64,000 nt of DNA from assembly GCA_964535955.1 (NCBI GenBank), contig CAZHVK010000003.1:1-64000 (forward strand), given 5' to 3'. The position numbers and the translations under genes were made by a program. Position 1 is the stretch's first letter; every line of letters starts with the position of its first letter. Source of the stretch: an uncultured Methanosarcinales archaeon. Lineage in GTDB: Archaea > Nanobdellota > Nanobdellia > Woesearchaeales > CAXGTL01. The notes beneath the pieces are model-generated. The model did not search any database. It was not told the origin of the DNA and was given only the letters and a program-made list of their open reading frames with translations. This document shows, in pieces, positions 1-10,022 of this stretch.

Positions 1-2
1 TA

Positions 3-1013
3 CCAACAGGAGCAGTTGCAGACATATATGGAAGAAAGTTCTCAGTCATATTAGGGCATTCTCTTGAAGCAATCTTGATTGTGGCTTTATTATTTGCAAA
101 AACATTTCCCTCTGCATTATTAGTATTCATATTAACAGGAATTGCAATCACATTTGCATCAGGTGCAAAAGAAGCATGGGTAACAGATTGGATAAAAGCA
201 AGAAAACCCTCATTATTACATGATTATTTTATGAAGAGTAGAAGCTTGTTAAGTGTTGGCTTAGTAATTTCAGGATTATTAGGAGCATTTCTTGTAAAGA
301 ACTATGGTTTATGGATAGTGTTTCCTACATCAGGAATAGCATTTCTAGTTAGCATCTTTATCTTATCATTTATACCAGAAAACTACAAAAAAAAGAAAAT
401 ACATATTAAACAATCATACAAAGAACTAGCAAAGCAAACAAAAAGATCAGTAAAGTACAGTTCAACACACCAGGCATTATTTTATATATTATTAGCATTG
501 TTTTTTGCAGCATTTGCAGGAGCATTTGGCGAGGGTTTGAGCTGGATTCCATTTTTACAAGAACTAAATTTTCCAGATCATGCATTTGGTTATATGTGGT
601 CAGCAATGTGGGGTGTAACAATCATTTCTCCTTTATTATCAAAAAGACTTTTACCAAAAAACAAAGAAAAATTTTTTATCATCAAGATATTTATAATAGC
701 AGGATTATTCAATTTCTTAGTTTACTTTGCAAAGACTTGGGCAATTGCTTTAGGTATTATGTTGCTAGGAGAATTCTTTTATGAAATCAAAACTCCTGTT
801 GAAAATATATATTTCCACAAGTACATCATAAAAAAACTCAGAGCAACCATTGGTTCTATAAAATCAATGTTAATTTCATTAGCAGCCATAATCGCAATGC
901 CAATTGCAGGCTACCTAGTTGATACGATAGGACCACGATATGTTATCATGATATCTTCTGTACTCTTGATACCTGTTATAATTTGTTATTGGTTAGTAAA
1001 AGAAGGCGAATGA
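3..1013 (+). CDS. MFS transporter (5'-truncated by window edge)
   Basis: Frame is open from position 3 (PTGAVADIYGRKFS, MFS motif A); many hydrophobic helices; second motif-A copy GYLVDTIGPR. Confidence 0.9.
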   Translation, partial: PTGAVADIYGRKFSVILGHSLEAILIVALLFAKTFPSALLVFILTGIAITFASGAKEAWVTDWIKARKPSLLHDYFMKSRSLLSVGLVISGLLGAFLVKNYGLWIVFPTSGIAFLVSIFILSFIPENYKKKKIHIKQSYKELAKQTKRSVKYSSTHQALFYILLALFFAAFAGAFGEGLSWIPFLQELNFPDHAFGYMWSAMWGVTIISPLLSKRLLPKNKEKFFIIKIFIIAGLFNFLVYFAKTWAIALGIMLLGEFFYEIKTPVENIYFHKYIIKKLRATIGSIKSMLISLAAIIAMPIAGYLVDTIGPRYVIMISSVLLIPVIICYWLVKEGE

Positions 1014-1021
1014 TTTAAATA
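1014..1021 (+). promoter_or_regulatory. Archaeal TATA box for probably leaderless fen1
   Basis: TTTAAATA ~23 nt before the ATG at 1044, no SD; same geometry at 9994 (rfcS), 56523 and 60463. Confidence 0.55.
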
Positions 1022-1043
1022 CCAATAATTTATCCCTAATTCC

Positions 1044-2078
1044 ATGGGAACAAAAATCTTTCAATTAATAGAATCCAAAGAAATCAAACTAGATGATCTT
1101 AAAGGAAAGAAAATAGCAATAGACGCACACATGTATTTATACCAATTCTTAACATCTATCAGACAAAGAGATGGCACATTATTAAAAGATTCTAAAGGCC
1201 AAACAACCAGCCATTTAGTAGGACTGTTCAGCAGAACAGCAAAATTATTAGAAAAAGGAATCAAACCATGCTATGTTTTTGACGGCAAAGCACCTGATCT
1301 AAAAACAAAAGAAAGACAAAGAAGAAAAGATATAAAGATCAAAGCAAAAAAAGATTATGATAAGGCAATGAAAGATGAAGATATTGAAGCAATGAAAAAA
1401 TATGCATCAATGACTACCAGGTTAACAGGTGAAATGATACAAGAAGCAAAAGAACTGATTCAAGCATTAGGATTGCCAGTCATACAAGCACCATCAGAAG
1501 GTGAAGCACAAGCAGCTTATATGGTAAAAAAAGGAGATGTGTATGCTTTATCAACAAATGACGCAGACGCATTACTATATGGCGTTCCAAGATTAATAAA
1601 AAATCTATCAATATCAGGCAGAAGAAAAAAACCAGGCCAGTTAGCATACACAACAGTTAAACCAGAGATGATAGAAATAACAAAGATCCTAAACAATTTA
1701 GGTGTTGATTTAGACCAATTAATAGTAATAGCAATATTAGTTGGCACTGATTATAATTATAAAGGTATAAAAGGCATTGGTCCGAAGAAAGCATTAAAAT
1801 TAGTAAAAGAACATGGTAAAGATTTTGACACAGTTTTCAAAGAATCTCGGTGGAGCGAAAGTTTTGAAATTCCATGGAAAGAAATCTTTGACTTAATCAA
1901 AAACATGCCAACAACAGATGATTACACTTTAGAATGGAAAAAAGTAGACTTAGAAGCAGTCAAACACATTCTCCATGACAAACATGATTTTACAGAAGAA
2001 AGAATAAACAACACTTTAAAAAAACTAAAAACAACAGAAGAAAAATCAGATCAACAAGGACTGAATAAGTTTTTTTAA
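1044..2078 (+). CDS. fen: Flap endonuclease 1
   Basis: IAIDA..LYQFL..IR, YVFDG, APSEGEAQAA, GTDYN..GIGPKKA motifs; C-terminal PIP box QQGLNKFF. Confidence 0.97.
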   Translation: MGTKIFQLIESKEIKLDDLKGKKIAIDAHMYLYQFLTSIRQRDGTLLKDSKGQTTSHLVGLFSRTAKLLEKGIKPCYVFDGKAPDLKTKERQRRKDIKIKAKKDYDKAMKDEDIEAMKKYASMTTRLTGEMIQEAKELIQALGLPVIQAPSEGEAQAAYMVKKGDVYALSTNDADALLYGVPRLIKNLSISGRRKKPGQLAYTTVKPEMIEITKILNNLGVDLDQLIVIAILVGTDYNYKGIKGIGPKKALKLVKEHGKDFDTVFKESRWSESFEIPWKEIFDLIKNMPTTDDYTLEWKKVDLEAVKHILHDKHDFTEERINNTLKKLKTTEEKSDQQGLNKFF

Positions 2079-2105
2079 TTAAGTAGAACTTATGAATAAA
2101 GTTTT

Positions 2106-2363
2106 CTAACCTCTAATACAACAAACCTTATCTTCTTTTTCACAATTAGTATTATGTAAAGTTTTATAAGAAATTTGATATGTAGGACATTCACCATCAA
2201 TAGGTTCTAAACAATAACCTTGCTTAATCTCACAATCATCAACACCTTCCATTTTAACAGTATCGTATGTAACCTGTCCCATCTTTAAAAAAGAAACAAT
2301 TAACACAATAAACACAATCAGACTAATAACAATTACAATCCCTCTTGTTAAAGTTAATTTCAT
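2106..2363 (-). CDS. Small membrane-anchored protein with six-Cys C-terminal domain
   Basis: N-terminal hydrophobic helix, then C-x6-C-x7-C-x14-C-x6-CC. Confidence 0.7.
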   Translation of the reverse strand: MKLTLTRGIVIVISLIVFIVLIVSFLKMGQVTYDTVKMEGVDDCEIKQGYCLEPIDGECPTYQISYKTLHNTNCEKEDKVCCIRG

Positions 2364-2519
2364 ATATTAATTCTAAATATAGTAATATATAAACTTTACT
2401 AAACAAAAACCTTTAAAAACAAACAACACATTTAAAAGACATATAAGAGACACATATATAGATAAATAAATAATAGATAAACAATAAAAAATTAATAATA
2501 AAAATAAAAGAGGAAAAAC

Positions 2520-3389
2520 ATGAGCTGGCTAATACTCATCATAATATCAGCAATACTTGCAGCATTTCACCAGATTTATGCAAAGAAAGCTCTATTAAAA
2601 GAACATGCAACAGAATTTCTAACAATTTTATCAATATTTAGCGCTTTGATATCCTTACTATTCATTCCAAAACTATCATTTAATTTTCATTATATGTTTT
2701 ATTTTATTATGTTTATAGCAGCAATGTTAAATTCAATCTCTGGCTTATTATACGTAAAATCATTAAAACACATGGAGATTTCAAGTGTTGCACCTTTACA
2801 AAACCTATCACCTTTATTTTTATTAGTAATTGGTTTCTTTTTCTTAGGAGAAAGACTCTCAATGTTACAAATATCAGGAATACTTCTTCTTGTTTTCGGA
2901 GCATACTTCTTAGAATCAACACACCACTCAAAAAAAGCATTAGAACCATTAAAAGAAATGTTTAAATCAAAGTTCATGAAATATATAATGGTATCATTAG
3001 TTATTTTAGCAATAGTTGCAGCATTAGACAAATATGTTTTATCACAAGGAATAAATAGTTATACACTTATAGCATTTAAATATCCATTTGTTGCCATGTT
3101 TTTTTTAAGCATAACTTTTACAAAATATAATGGATTCAAAGATATTTATCATGGAATCAAAACATCAGGAGTTGTAATTGCATTCTGTGCTTTAATTGGT
3201 GTAGCATCATTATATTTTTATTTTGAAGCTGTTTCTTTGGCATATGTTAGCTTGGTAATCCCAATAAAAAGAATGTCCACCTTAATATCAACAATGGCTG
3301 GAGGAGAAATATTCCATGAACATAATTTAGCACATAAAGCAATTGGATGCGTTATAATGGTAATTGGTGCTGTATTTATAGCAATATAA
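2520..3389 (+). CDS. EamA/DMT-family transporter
   Basis: About 10 TM helices in two repeats; LSPLF...FFLGERL and EIFHE motifs; GAGG SD upstream. Confidence 0.9.
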   Translation: MSWLILIIISAILAAFHQIYAKKALLKEHATEFLTILSIFSALISLLFIPKLSFNFHYMFYFIMFIAAMLNSISGLLYVKSLKHMEISSVAPLQNLSPLFLLVIGFFFLGERLSMLQISGILLLVFGAYFLESTHHSKKALEPLKEMFKSKFMKYIMVSLVILAIVAALDKYVLSQGINSYTLIAFKYPFVAMFFLSITFTKYNGFKDIYHGIKTSGVVIAFCALIGVASLYFYFEAVSLAYVSLVIPIKRMSTLISTMAGGEIFHEHNLAHKAIGCVIMVIGAVFIAI

Positions 3390-3406
3390 AAAATAAATTA
3401 AACAAA

Positions 3407-5182
3407 ATGCAAACAATAAAAATTCCAATAAAAAAAACAGAACAAGTCAAAAAATTCTTAATAAGAAACAATTTACTAGATTTTAACTATAAATTCTCAA
3501 AAGATAAAAAAAGTATGTATCTACCAACAAAAAATTACCAAAAGACAAAACAAAGATTTAAATTCATACAAAAATCAAACAAGAAATTAGAAAAAAAATC
3601 AACACAACCAACAACACTGAAACAAGCACTAAAAAACAAATTAACACAAAATGAACTAAAACACCTAAAAACAGCACATGACACAATAGGCAACATAGCA
3701 ATCTTAGAGATTGATAAACAATTAATAAAAAAACAAAAATTAATTGCATATACTCTGTTAAAAATCAACAAAAACATTAAAACAGTTCTAAAAAAGTCAG
3801 GAGAACACACAGGAATCTTTAGAACACAAAAACTAACATACCTAGCTGGAAAAAATACTAAGGAAGTAACACACAAAGAAAACAACATAACACTCAAATT
3901 CGATGTAGAAAAAGTATATTTCTCAGTAAGACTTGCAACAGAAAGAAAAAGAATAACACAACAAGTAAAACCAGGAGAAGATGTTTTAGTAATGTTCTCA
4001 GGATGCTGTCCATATCCAATCACAATTTCAAAAAACACAAAAGCAAAAGAAATCACAGCAATAGAGATCAATCCAATAGCACACAAATATGCATTAGAAA
4101 ACATAAAACTAAACAATATACACAACATAATTGCATTAAAAGGTAATGTTAAAAAAATAATTCCAAACATATACCACCACATAATTGGATTAAAAGCAGC
4201 AGACATTAAAAAAGAATTAAAACAAAGATTAAAACTAAACCCAAAACTAGTAGAATTGCATTTATTTGAGACAGACTTATTCAGTGGAATAAAGAGACTA
4301 AAACAAACAATAGAATATTTACAAAAAAAACACATAACAGTTAGATTGCATATGCCTTTTTATTATAAGATGAGATTATTATCATTACATAAACAAAATA
4401 TTAAAGATGAGATAAAAGTATTCACAAAACTAGGAAATCTCTGTAAAAAATACCATATTAAAGCAATTGTCCATCCATATCAACGAATCAAAGGAACAAG
4501 AACAAGTAAGAAAACAAGAGATATAATTGCAAAGAACCTAAACAAGTTCAAGAAGTACTATAACTACTTCTACTTTGAGAACTCAAGCAAAGATATATAC
4601 TCAAAAACACCAGATGTATTGTATGTAAATAAAAAAGCACAAATAAAGAATGTCTGCATTGACACATGCCATTTATACGAAACATACAGAGACAATAATA
4701 AGATCGAACATCATATAAAAACAATGAGAAAATATTTTAACACATACTTTCACCTAAATGATTCAGATCTTATTCATCATTCTTTAGAAATAGGCAAAGG
4801 AAAAATAGATTTTAACAGGATTTTGCCATATGTCAACCAGGGTGTAACAGAAGTCAAATCAAAAGATGAGGCTCATCCAGCAGAAATGTTAAGAAGCTTT
4901 GTAAAAGTAGAGCACATACACAGAAAGTTCGATAGAATATTAATGCCTCTTCCAAAGAGCGCAGAAGATTTCTTACATCTGGCACTAAAATCAGCAGAAA
5001 AAAATGCAATCATACACTTCTATGATTTCTTAAATGAAAAAGACATACCAAAAGCAGCAATCAATAAGATAAAAAAAGCATGTAAAAAAGCAAAAAAGAA
5101 ATACAAAATACTAAACCATAACAAATGTGGACAATTTTCACCACATACTTATAGAATTTGTGTTGATTTCAAGGTTTATTAA
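3407..5182 (+). CDS. trm5: tRNA m1G37 methyltransferase Trm5-like protein with inserted xylose-isomerase/AP-endonuclease-2-like TIM barrel
   Basis: DTIGNIAIL, KVYFSVRLATER, VLVMFSG, AIEINP, FDRILMPLPK, IIHFYDF; ~245-aa insert with FENS, CIDTCH, HLNDS, IGKGKIDF; ATG at 3407 preferred to the track start at 3347. Confidence 0.85.
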   Translation: MQTIKIPIKKTEQVKKFLIRNNLLDFNYKFSKDKKSMYLPTKNYQKTKQRFKFIQKSNKKLEKKSTQPTTLKQALKNKLTQNELKHLKTAHDTIGNIAILEIDKQLIKKQKLIAYTLLKINKNIKTVLKKSGEHTGIFRTQKLTYLAGKNTKEVTHKENNITLKFDVEKVYFSVRLATERKRITQQVKPGEDVLVMFSGCCPYPITISKNTKAKEITAIEINPIAHKYALENIKLNNIHNIIALKGNVKKIIPNIYHHIIGLKAADIKKELKQRLKLNPKLVELHLFETDLFSGIKRLKQTIEYLQKKHITVRLHMPFYYKMRLLSLHKQNIKDEIKVFTKLGNLCKKYHIKAIVHPYQRIKGTRTSKKTRDIIAKNLNKFKKYYNYFYFENSSKDIYSKTPDVLYVNKKAQIKNVCIDTCHLYETYRDNNKIEHHIKTMRKYFNTYFHLNDSDLIHHSLEIGKGKIDFNRILPYVNQGVTEVKSKDEAHPAEMLRSFVKVEHIHRKFDRILMPLPKSAEDFLHLALKSAEKNAIIHFYDFLNEKDIPKAAINKIKKACKKAKKKYKILNHNKCGQFSPHTYRICVDFKVY

Positions 5183-5432
5183 AAACAAAACCACATGTTT
5201 CCTTAGTCAAATGTTCTTTCTCAACTCTGGGATATTTTCTACAATTAAATGGCCTAATCATGTGTATGATACAAAAAGAACTGCCATCTTTTCTATACCT
5301 TAAAAATAAGCATTTACTAGGAAGTTGACAACATTTGCCGCAATGAACACATTCACCAGATCTATTTTTATCAAAAGGAAAAAAAGAAAAAATAGTTCTT
5401 TTTATTTTAGCAGCATATGTGTTTTTCTTCAT
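5169..5432 (-). CDS. YkgJ-family (CxxCxxCC) cysteine-cluster protein
   Basis: CVHCGKCC...CLFL...CIIH..RP..CRKYP. Confidence 0.8.
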   Translation of the reverse strand: MKKNTYAAKIKRTIFSFFPFDKNRSGECVHCGKCCQLPSKCLFLRYRKDGSSFCIIHMIRPFNCRKYPRVEKEHLTKETCGFVFNKP

Positions 5433-5479
5433 TATTATACCATAAGTGTTAATTAGTCCTATTTAAAGATTTTGTTTTG

Positions 5480-7945
5480 TCAAACCTTCCAAATAACTAA
5501 AACAATACACAAAACAAACAACATCAACATAATAATATAAGGCACAAACTTAGAAGCTTTTACAGTAGATGATTCATAAATAACAGAACCACTAATAGGC
5601 TTAACACCTTCTATATCTTTATCATATTTATATGAATATTTATCAGTCTGAGCAACTTCAGTAATAATCCTATCAACAGCATCTTCTATTTTGTCTTCTT
5701 CACCACTTATAAATCCTTGATACACAACACAAGTATTGTTCTTTTCCACTGCTTCAACTATCATTGATTGTGTAAGATATTTATTAGACTTAATATCACT
5801 TCTACTGATTCCAACTTTAATATCATACTCACCAGACTCAATATCTTCTGGCATAAATCCTACTAATTTAACTAATTCAATTTCATCATCATCAACAACA
5901 ACTACTTTTTTATTAGCTTCTTTTTCAGTAAAAGCTTTTCTACCTTTAGCAATATAACTCCAAACCCCAATTTCAAGATCTTTGCCTTTATTATTTTCCA
6001 GCTCGACTTGAACATAAAACATCTCACCTTGCTTGACTTTAGGAGGAATATGTTTAATTCTTGAATCAAAAGACTTGGCTCTGCTCTTTTTTTTTGCTTC
6101 TTTTTCTTGTTCATAATAATATTTACAAAGCTTTGCATCTATACCAATAATATTGATCTCTTGTTGATCTTTTAGATCTAAACCTTCAACAACAAAAGAA
6201 TAAGTCTTGTCTTCTGTTTCTTCATCACACAATGGTTTTAATAATATGGGAATTGTAAGATCATATTTCTGGAACTTGGTTTTGAGCAAAACCTTAGAAT
6301 CATAAGCACTAATTTTTTTGCCACCATCATCAATTACATACGCTTTTAAACTGCTTTTCCCAGTATTTCCTTTATACACTTTAACTCTTGCTCTTATAAT
6401 TTCTCCTAAACCAGCACTTCCACCTGACTTATAACTAATTTTGTCAATATTTAAGCTTGATTCTTGTTTAGAACTACGTTTACAAGTATTAGTATTAACA
6501 CCACCAATATCAACATTAATATCATCTTTAAAACCAAAACCTTCCACCACAACAGAATAATTTCCATCTTTTAATTTCCTATCACAATTACTCTTTAATT
6601 CGACAGGAATCTTTAGATTTTCAATAAAAGTCATTTTAGACATGCCTAAACTTATAGTAGATTCAGAAGCTTTTTTTCCAGTTGAGTTTTCTTCAACCCA
6701 GATTTTTAATTTACCACTCATATCACCTGACCATGTTTCATTAATCTCTACATAAATTTTATCACCAAAATTGAATGTACCTTCATCCTTTACATCTAAT
6801 ATTATAAATGGATCTATTTCATACTCTTTAAAAGTATAATAAGTAGGGTTTTTAACAACAATCAATTTCTTGGCAAAATTATCTTCTAAATTAAGATCAT
6901 TACACCAAGGATTAGTGATATTTACATTGATCAAAAAATTCTGATAATCATAAACTTCACCAATATTTGATTTATATAACAACCCATCATAATCATCATC
7001 ACATTCTTCTTTTTCCTGTGCAATATAATCAAAAACATCCTCAACCCAATATTCAACATCAGGATAATAATCTACTTCATTGATAATAAAATCAAATTTC
7101 ACACTTTCATCAGAATAATAAAAATCCTTAGCATCCACTTCAATGCTCATATTACAAGGAATTGTTGATGAATCAACAACAAAGATTTCTTTACAATGCA
7201 AATTGTTTTCTTCTTCATCATCTTCTAGAGAAGTTTCAATGATTTCAGCACAAAAAGTGAAGTTCCCAGGTTCATCTATGTAAAGTAAACCTGTTTTAGA
7301 TGATTTTGATGCTTTTAAATTTTCAACATAAGTATTATCTTCAAAAATAATATTATTCTCCTTATCAAAGATATAATAACTAATAGTAACATTTGTCTCA
7401 ATCTTAAAATCAGACCAATCATTATTCATGACCTTAAACAAATCATAATATTCTAGTTCAGAAAAAATCATATTTTCCAGAATAACTTCGATTTCAAAAT
7501 CATTATAAATATCAACATCATCAAAATTAATAAAAGTAATATCTTTGCAGTCAAGATTATTCTCATCATTAGGATCATCAAGCGAAGTTTCAATGATTTC
7601 AGCACAAAAATAATAATCTCCATCTGCATCCAAACTAAGCATACCAGTTTTAGAAGTTTTAGAACTTCTCAAACCAAAAATGTCAATTTCCTCATCCAAA
7701 ACAGGTTCGCCAAACTCATCAACAAGAATATAACCCTCTTCATCAAGAAAATAATAATTAATACTCACATCAGATTCTATTTTATTAGTTCTCCAATTAA
7801 GGTTCTTAATAGTATATAATTTATCATATTCTAAGCCAGTATAGATTTCATCATCTAACTTGACAGTAATCCTAAAATCATCACCAAGAACAAAACAACT
7901 ACACAAAATTACAACAAAAACCAATAATATATATCTACTCCTCAT
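5480..7945 (-). CDS. Acidic secreted/surface protein with internal repeats and C-terminal membrane anchor
   Basis: Signal peptide MRSRYILLVFVVILCSCFVLG; duplicated module FCAEIIETSL.D...NNL.CK; C-terminal TM helix. Confidence 0.75.
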   Translation of the reverse strand: MRSRYILLVFVVILCSCFVLGDDFRITVKLDDEIYTGLEYDKLYTIKNLNWRTNKIESDVSINYYFLDEEGYILVDEFGEPVLDEEIDIFGLRSSKTSKTGMLSLDADGDYYFCAEIIETSLDDPNDENNLDCKDITFINFDDVDIYNDFEIEVILENMIFSELEYYDLFKVMNNDWSDFKIETNVTISYYIFDKENNIIFEDNTYVENLKASKSSKTGLLYIDEPGNFTFCAEIIETSLEDDEEENNLHCKEIFVVDSSTIPCNMSIEVDAKDFYYSDESVKFDFIINEVDYYPDVEYWVEDVFDYIAQEKEECDDDYDGLLYKSNIGEVYDYQNFLINVNITNPWCNDLNLEDNFAKKLIVVKNPTYYTFKEYEIDPFIILDVKDEGTFNFGDKIYVEINETWSGDMSGKLKIWVEENSTGKKASESTISLGMSKMTFIENLKIPVELKSNCDRKLKDGNYSVVVEGFGFKDDINVDIGGVNTNTCKRSSKQESSLNIDKISYKSGGSAGLGEIIRARVKVYKGNTGKSSLKAYVIDDGGKKISAYDSKVLLKTKFQKYDLTIPILLKPLCDEETEDKTYSFVVEGLDLKDQQEINIIGIDAKLCKYYYEQEKEAKKKSRAKSFDSRIKHIPPKVKQGEMFYVQVELENNKGKDLEIGVWSYIAKGRKAFTEKEANKKVVVVDDDEIELVKLVGFMPEDIESGEYDIKVGISRSDIKSNKYLTQSMIVEAVEKNNTCVVYQGFISGEEDKIEDAVDRIITEVAQTDKYSYKYDKDIEGVKPISGSVIYESSTVKASKFVPYIIMLMLFVLCIVLVIWKV

Positions 7946-8043
7946 ATGATCTAAAAACCAAAAATCATATATAAAAATATACAACCTACAGTATATAAAT
8001 CTTTAAAAAGATTATAAAAAAACCAAAATAAAGGTGATAGATA

Positions 8044-8673
8044 TTGGAATCAATTGAAGACTCAAGACAAACAGGACATTTAAAAGTATTTCTACCAAAT
8101 GAAAAACAATTAATTTCAACATTAGTAAACAAGATTGATGAACAAGCACAAATATTATTTGGATATCATCAAGAATCACTCCACAAATATACATTAGGAA
8201 CTAATGCATTTCTAAGCATGTATATAGATCTTGGTTCTTGTGAAGAGATTAGACCATATCTTCCTAAAAAAGACAGAAATATTAGTGTCGATCTATCACT
8301 TGCAACTAATATCACCTCAATGAGAGAATTTCATAATCCTTGTTTTGATTTTATTCATAGCATTCCAAAACTCAGAGAACAGATTCCAGACAAATGGATG
8401 AGTGATTTATATCATATTTACAAAGATCCACATTTCAAAGTAACAAGACAAAAAATAATCTTTGACAAACCACATGGATTTTATAGATATAAAGAAGATG
8501 GACAAGAAAAGATCGACAGATATCCAATAAGAAAAAAATTATATTTACATTATATAATTGGTAAATGGGATTTTGATACAGACTTTTTTAAACATCACTT
8601 GTATTCAATTCCTCTATTACAAATACATGAAAATCCTCCACAAGGTCTACCACAAAGACAAAGATATTGGTAA
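8044..8673 (+). CDS. Hypothetical protein
   Basis: 209-aa ORF, GGTGAT SD before TTG start, A-rich sense strand like its neighbours; no motif recognised. Confidence 0.55.
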   Translation: MESIEDSRQTGHLKVFLPNEKQLISTLVNKIDEQAQILFGYHQESLHKYTLGTNAFLSMYIDLGSCEEIRPYLPKKDRNISVDLSLATNITSMREFHNPCFDFIHSIPKLREQIPDKWMSDLYHIYKDPHFKVTRQKIIFDKPHGFYRYKEDGQEKIDRYPIRKKLYLHYIIGKWDFDTDFFKHHLYSIPLLQIHENPPQGLPQRQRYW

Positions 8674-8729
8674 CCTAACACCTAAACCAACAAAACACAT
8701 AAATACACCCTCTCACACCCATTCTAATC

Positions 8730-9539
8730 ATGATCTCAGTAACCACATTATCCTCATACTTATTTTGTCCTAGATCAATCTATCTTACAAGTGTTCTCAA
8801 AGTAATAAGACCACCAAAAAAAGCAATAGTCAAAGGTACAATCAAACACCACACATTTGACCAGATAAACAAGATACAACAAAACATTGTAAAAAACATA
8901 AAATCAAAAGACATCAATGAAATATTCAAGATATATAACCAAAACTATTCACAAGCACTAAGAACAGCAATAATCAACAACAAAGCATCACTTAGAAAAG
9001 CACAACTTCCTCTAATCGACGCCTTCAAACAGATCTGGCCATTATTTAAACAAGAATCAGAATTTATCACAAGACACATACATGAATTCATAACAATACA
9101 TAATGTAACAGGAGAAAAATTATGGGAACTTCTGACACCAAAGATTAAATCAGAGATAAGAATACAATCAAAACAATTAGAACTAAGAGGTATAATTGAT
9201 AAACTAGAAATTCATGGAACAAGGATCATACCCATTGAAATGAAATCAGGCAAGATGCCAAACAAAGGCATATGGCCAGGCCATAGAATACAATTAGCAG
9301 CATATTTATTAATACTTCAGGAAAAATACATAAAAACAATAAAATCAGGATTTATCCATTATATAGACCATAATGAAAAAAGAGAACTAACATTAAACCC
9401 ATTCTTATCACAAGAAGTAGTAGAAATTAAAGACAAAGTAAAGCATTTATTAAAATCAAAAAACATACCAAATATCTGCAATAATAAGAACAAATGCAGT
9501 GCTTGTAGCCTCAAAACTATATGTTATAGTATGAAATAA
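8730..9539 (+). CDS. Stand-alone Cas4/Dna2-like PD-(D/E)xK nuclease with Fe-S Cys motif
   Basis: YLFCPR; LRGIIDKL..IPIEMKSG; QLAAY; C-terminal C-x5-CSAC-x5-C. Confidence 0.85.
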   Translation: MISVTTLSSYLFCPRSIYLTSVLKVIRPPKKAIVKGTIKHHTFDQINKIQQNIVKNIKSKDINEIFKIYNQNYSQALRTAIINNKASLRKAQLPLIDAFKQIWPLFKQESEFITRHIHEFITIHNVTGEKLWELLTPKIKSEIRIQSKQLELRGIIDKLEIHGTRIIPIEMKSGKMPNKGIWPGHRIQLAAYLLILQEKYIKTIKSGFIHYIDHNEKRELTLNPFLSQEVVEIKDKVKHLLKSKNIPNICNNKNKCSACSLKTICYSMK

Positions 9540-9673
9540 TACACAAATATTTACTATACAACCATAAACTTTAAATATGAATATAATATTCAATAGAATA
9601 TTGATATATATAAACATATATATAATAGATAAACATATAATTATTAACAAATAAAACAAAAGGTGATTAAAAC

Positions 9674-9937
9674 ATGGCTGATGATGAAAAAAAATTCTCA
9701 AAAGACTTAATTGGTAAAACAGTAGTATCAAAAACAGGAAAAAGATTTGGTGATGTAGGTGATCTTATATTTGAAACTAGATCAGGTGAACTAATTCATA
9801 TAGTACTTGCTAATCCAACTTCTTATACAGATAAACTAGAACTAGAAAAAGACAAAGAAAACAAGATTCTTATTCCTTTTAGTGCAGTTATGGCTATTGG
9901 AGATTTCTTAGTAATAGCTGAAGAAGATATTATTTAA
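9674..9937 (+). CDS. PRC-barrel protein (archaeal CdpB-like cell-division candidate)
   Basis: LIGKTVVSKTGKRFGDVGDLIF...IPFSAVMAIGDFLVI; GGTGAT SD. Confidence 0.85.
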   Translation: MADDEKKFSKDLIGKTVVSKTGKRFGDVGDLIFETRSGELIHIVLANPTSYTDKLELEKDKENKILIPFSAVMAIGDFLVIAEEDII

Positions 9938-9970
9938 TTCTTTTTTTTAATTTTTATATTACCTTTTTTC
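9938..9970 (+). terminator. Oligo-T archaeal terminator candidate
   Basis: Runs of T directly after the PRC-barrel stop codon. Confidence 0.4.
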
Positions 9971-10022
9971 TATTATATTATAACACCAACATATTTATAA
10001 ACCACTAAATTCTCCCAACACC

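Noticed and set aside
3535..4335. 266-aa antisense ORF, and the other short antisense or nested ORFs in the track
   Set aside because: Shadows of well-supported genes caused by strongly A-biased coding strands; Phe/Leu/Cys-rich with no motifs
4181..4920. Intein in trm5
   Set aside because: No N-terminal Cys/Ser block A, no HN terminus, no LAGLIDADG; motifs fit a TIM-barrel enzyme
8730..9539. CRISPR-Cas locus
   Set aside because: Cas4-like gene is alone; no repeats or cas1/cas2 in the window
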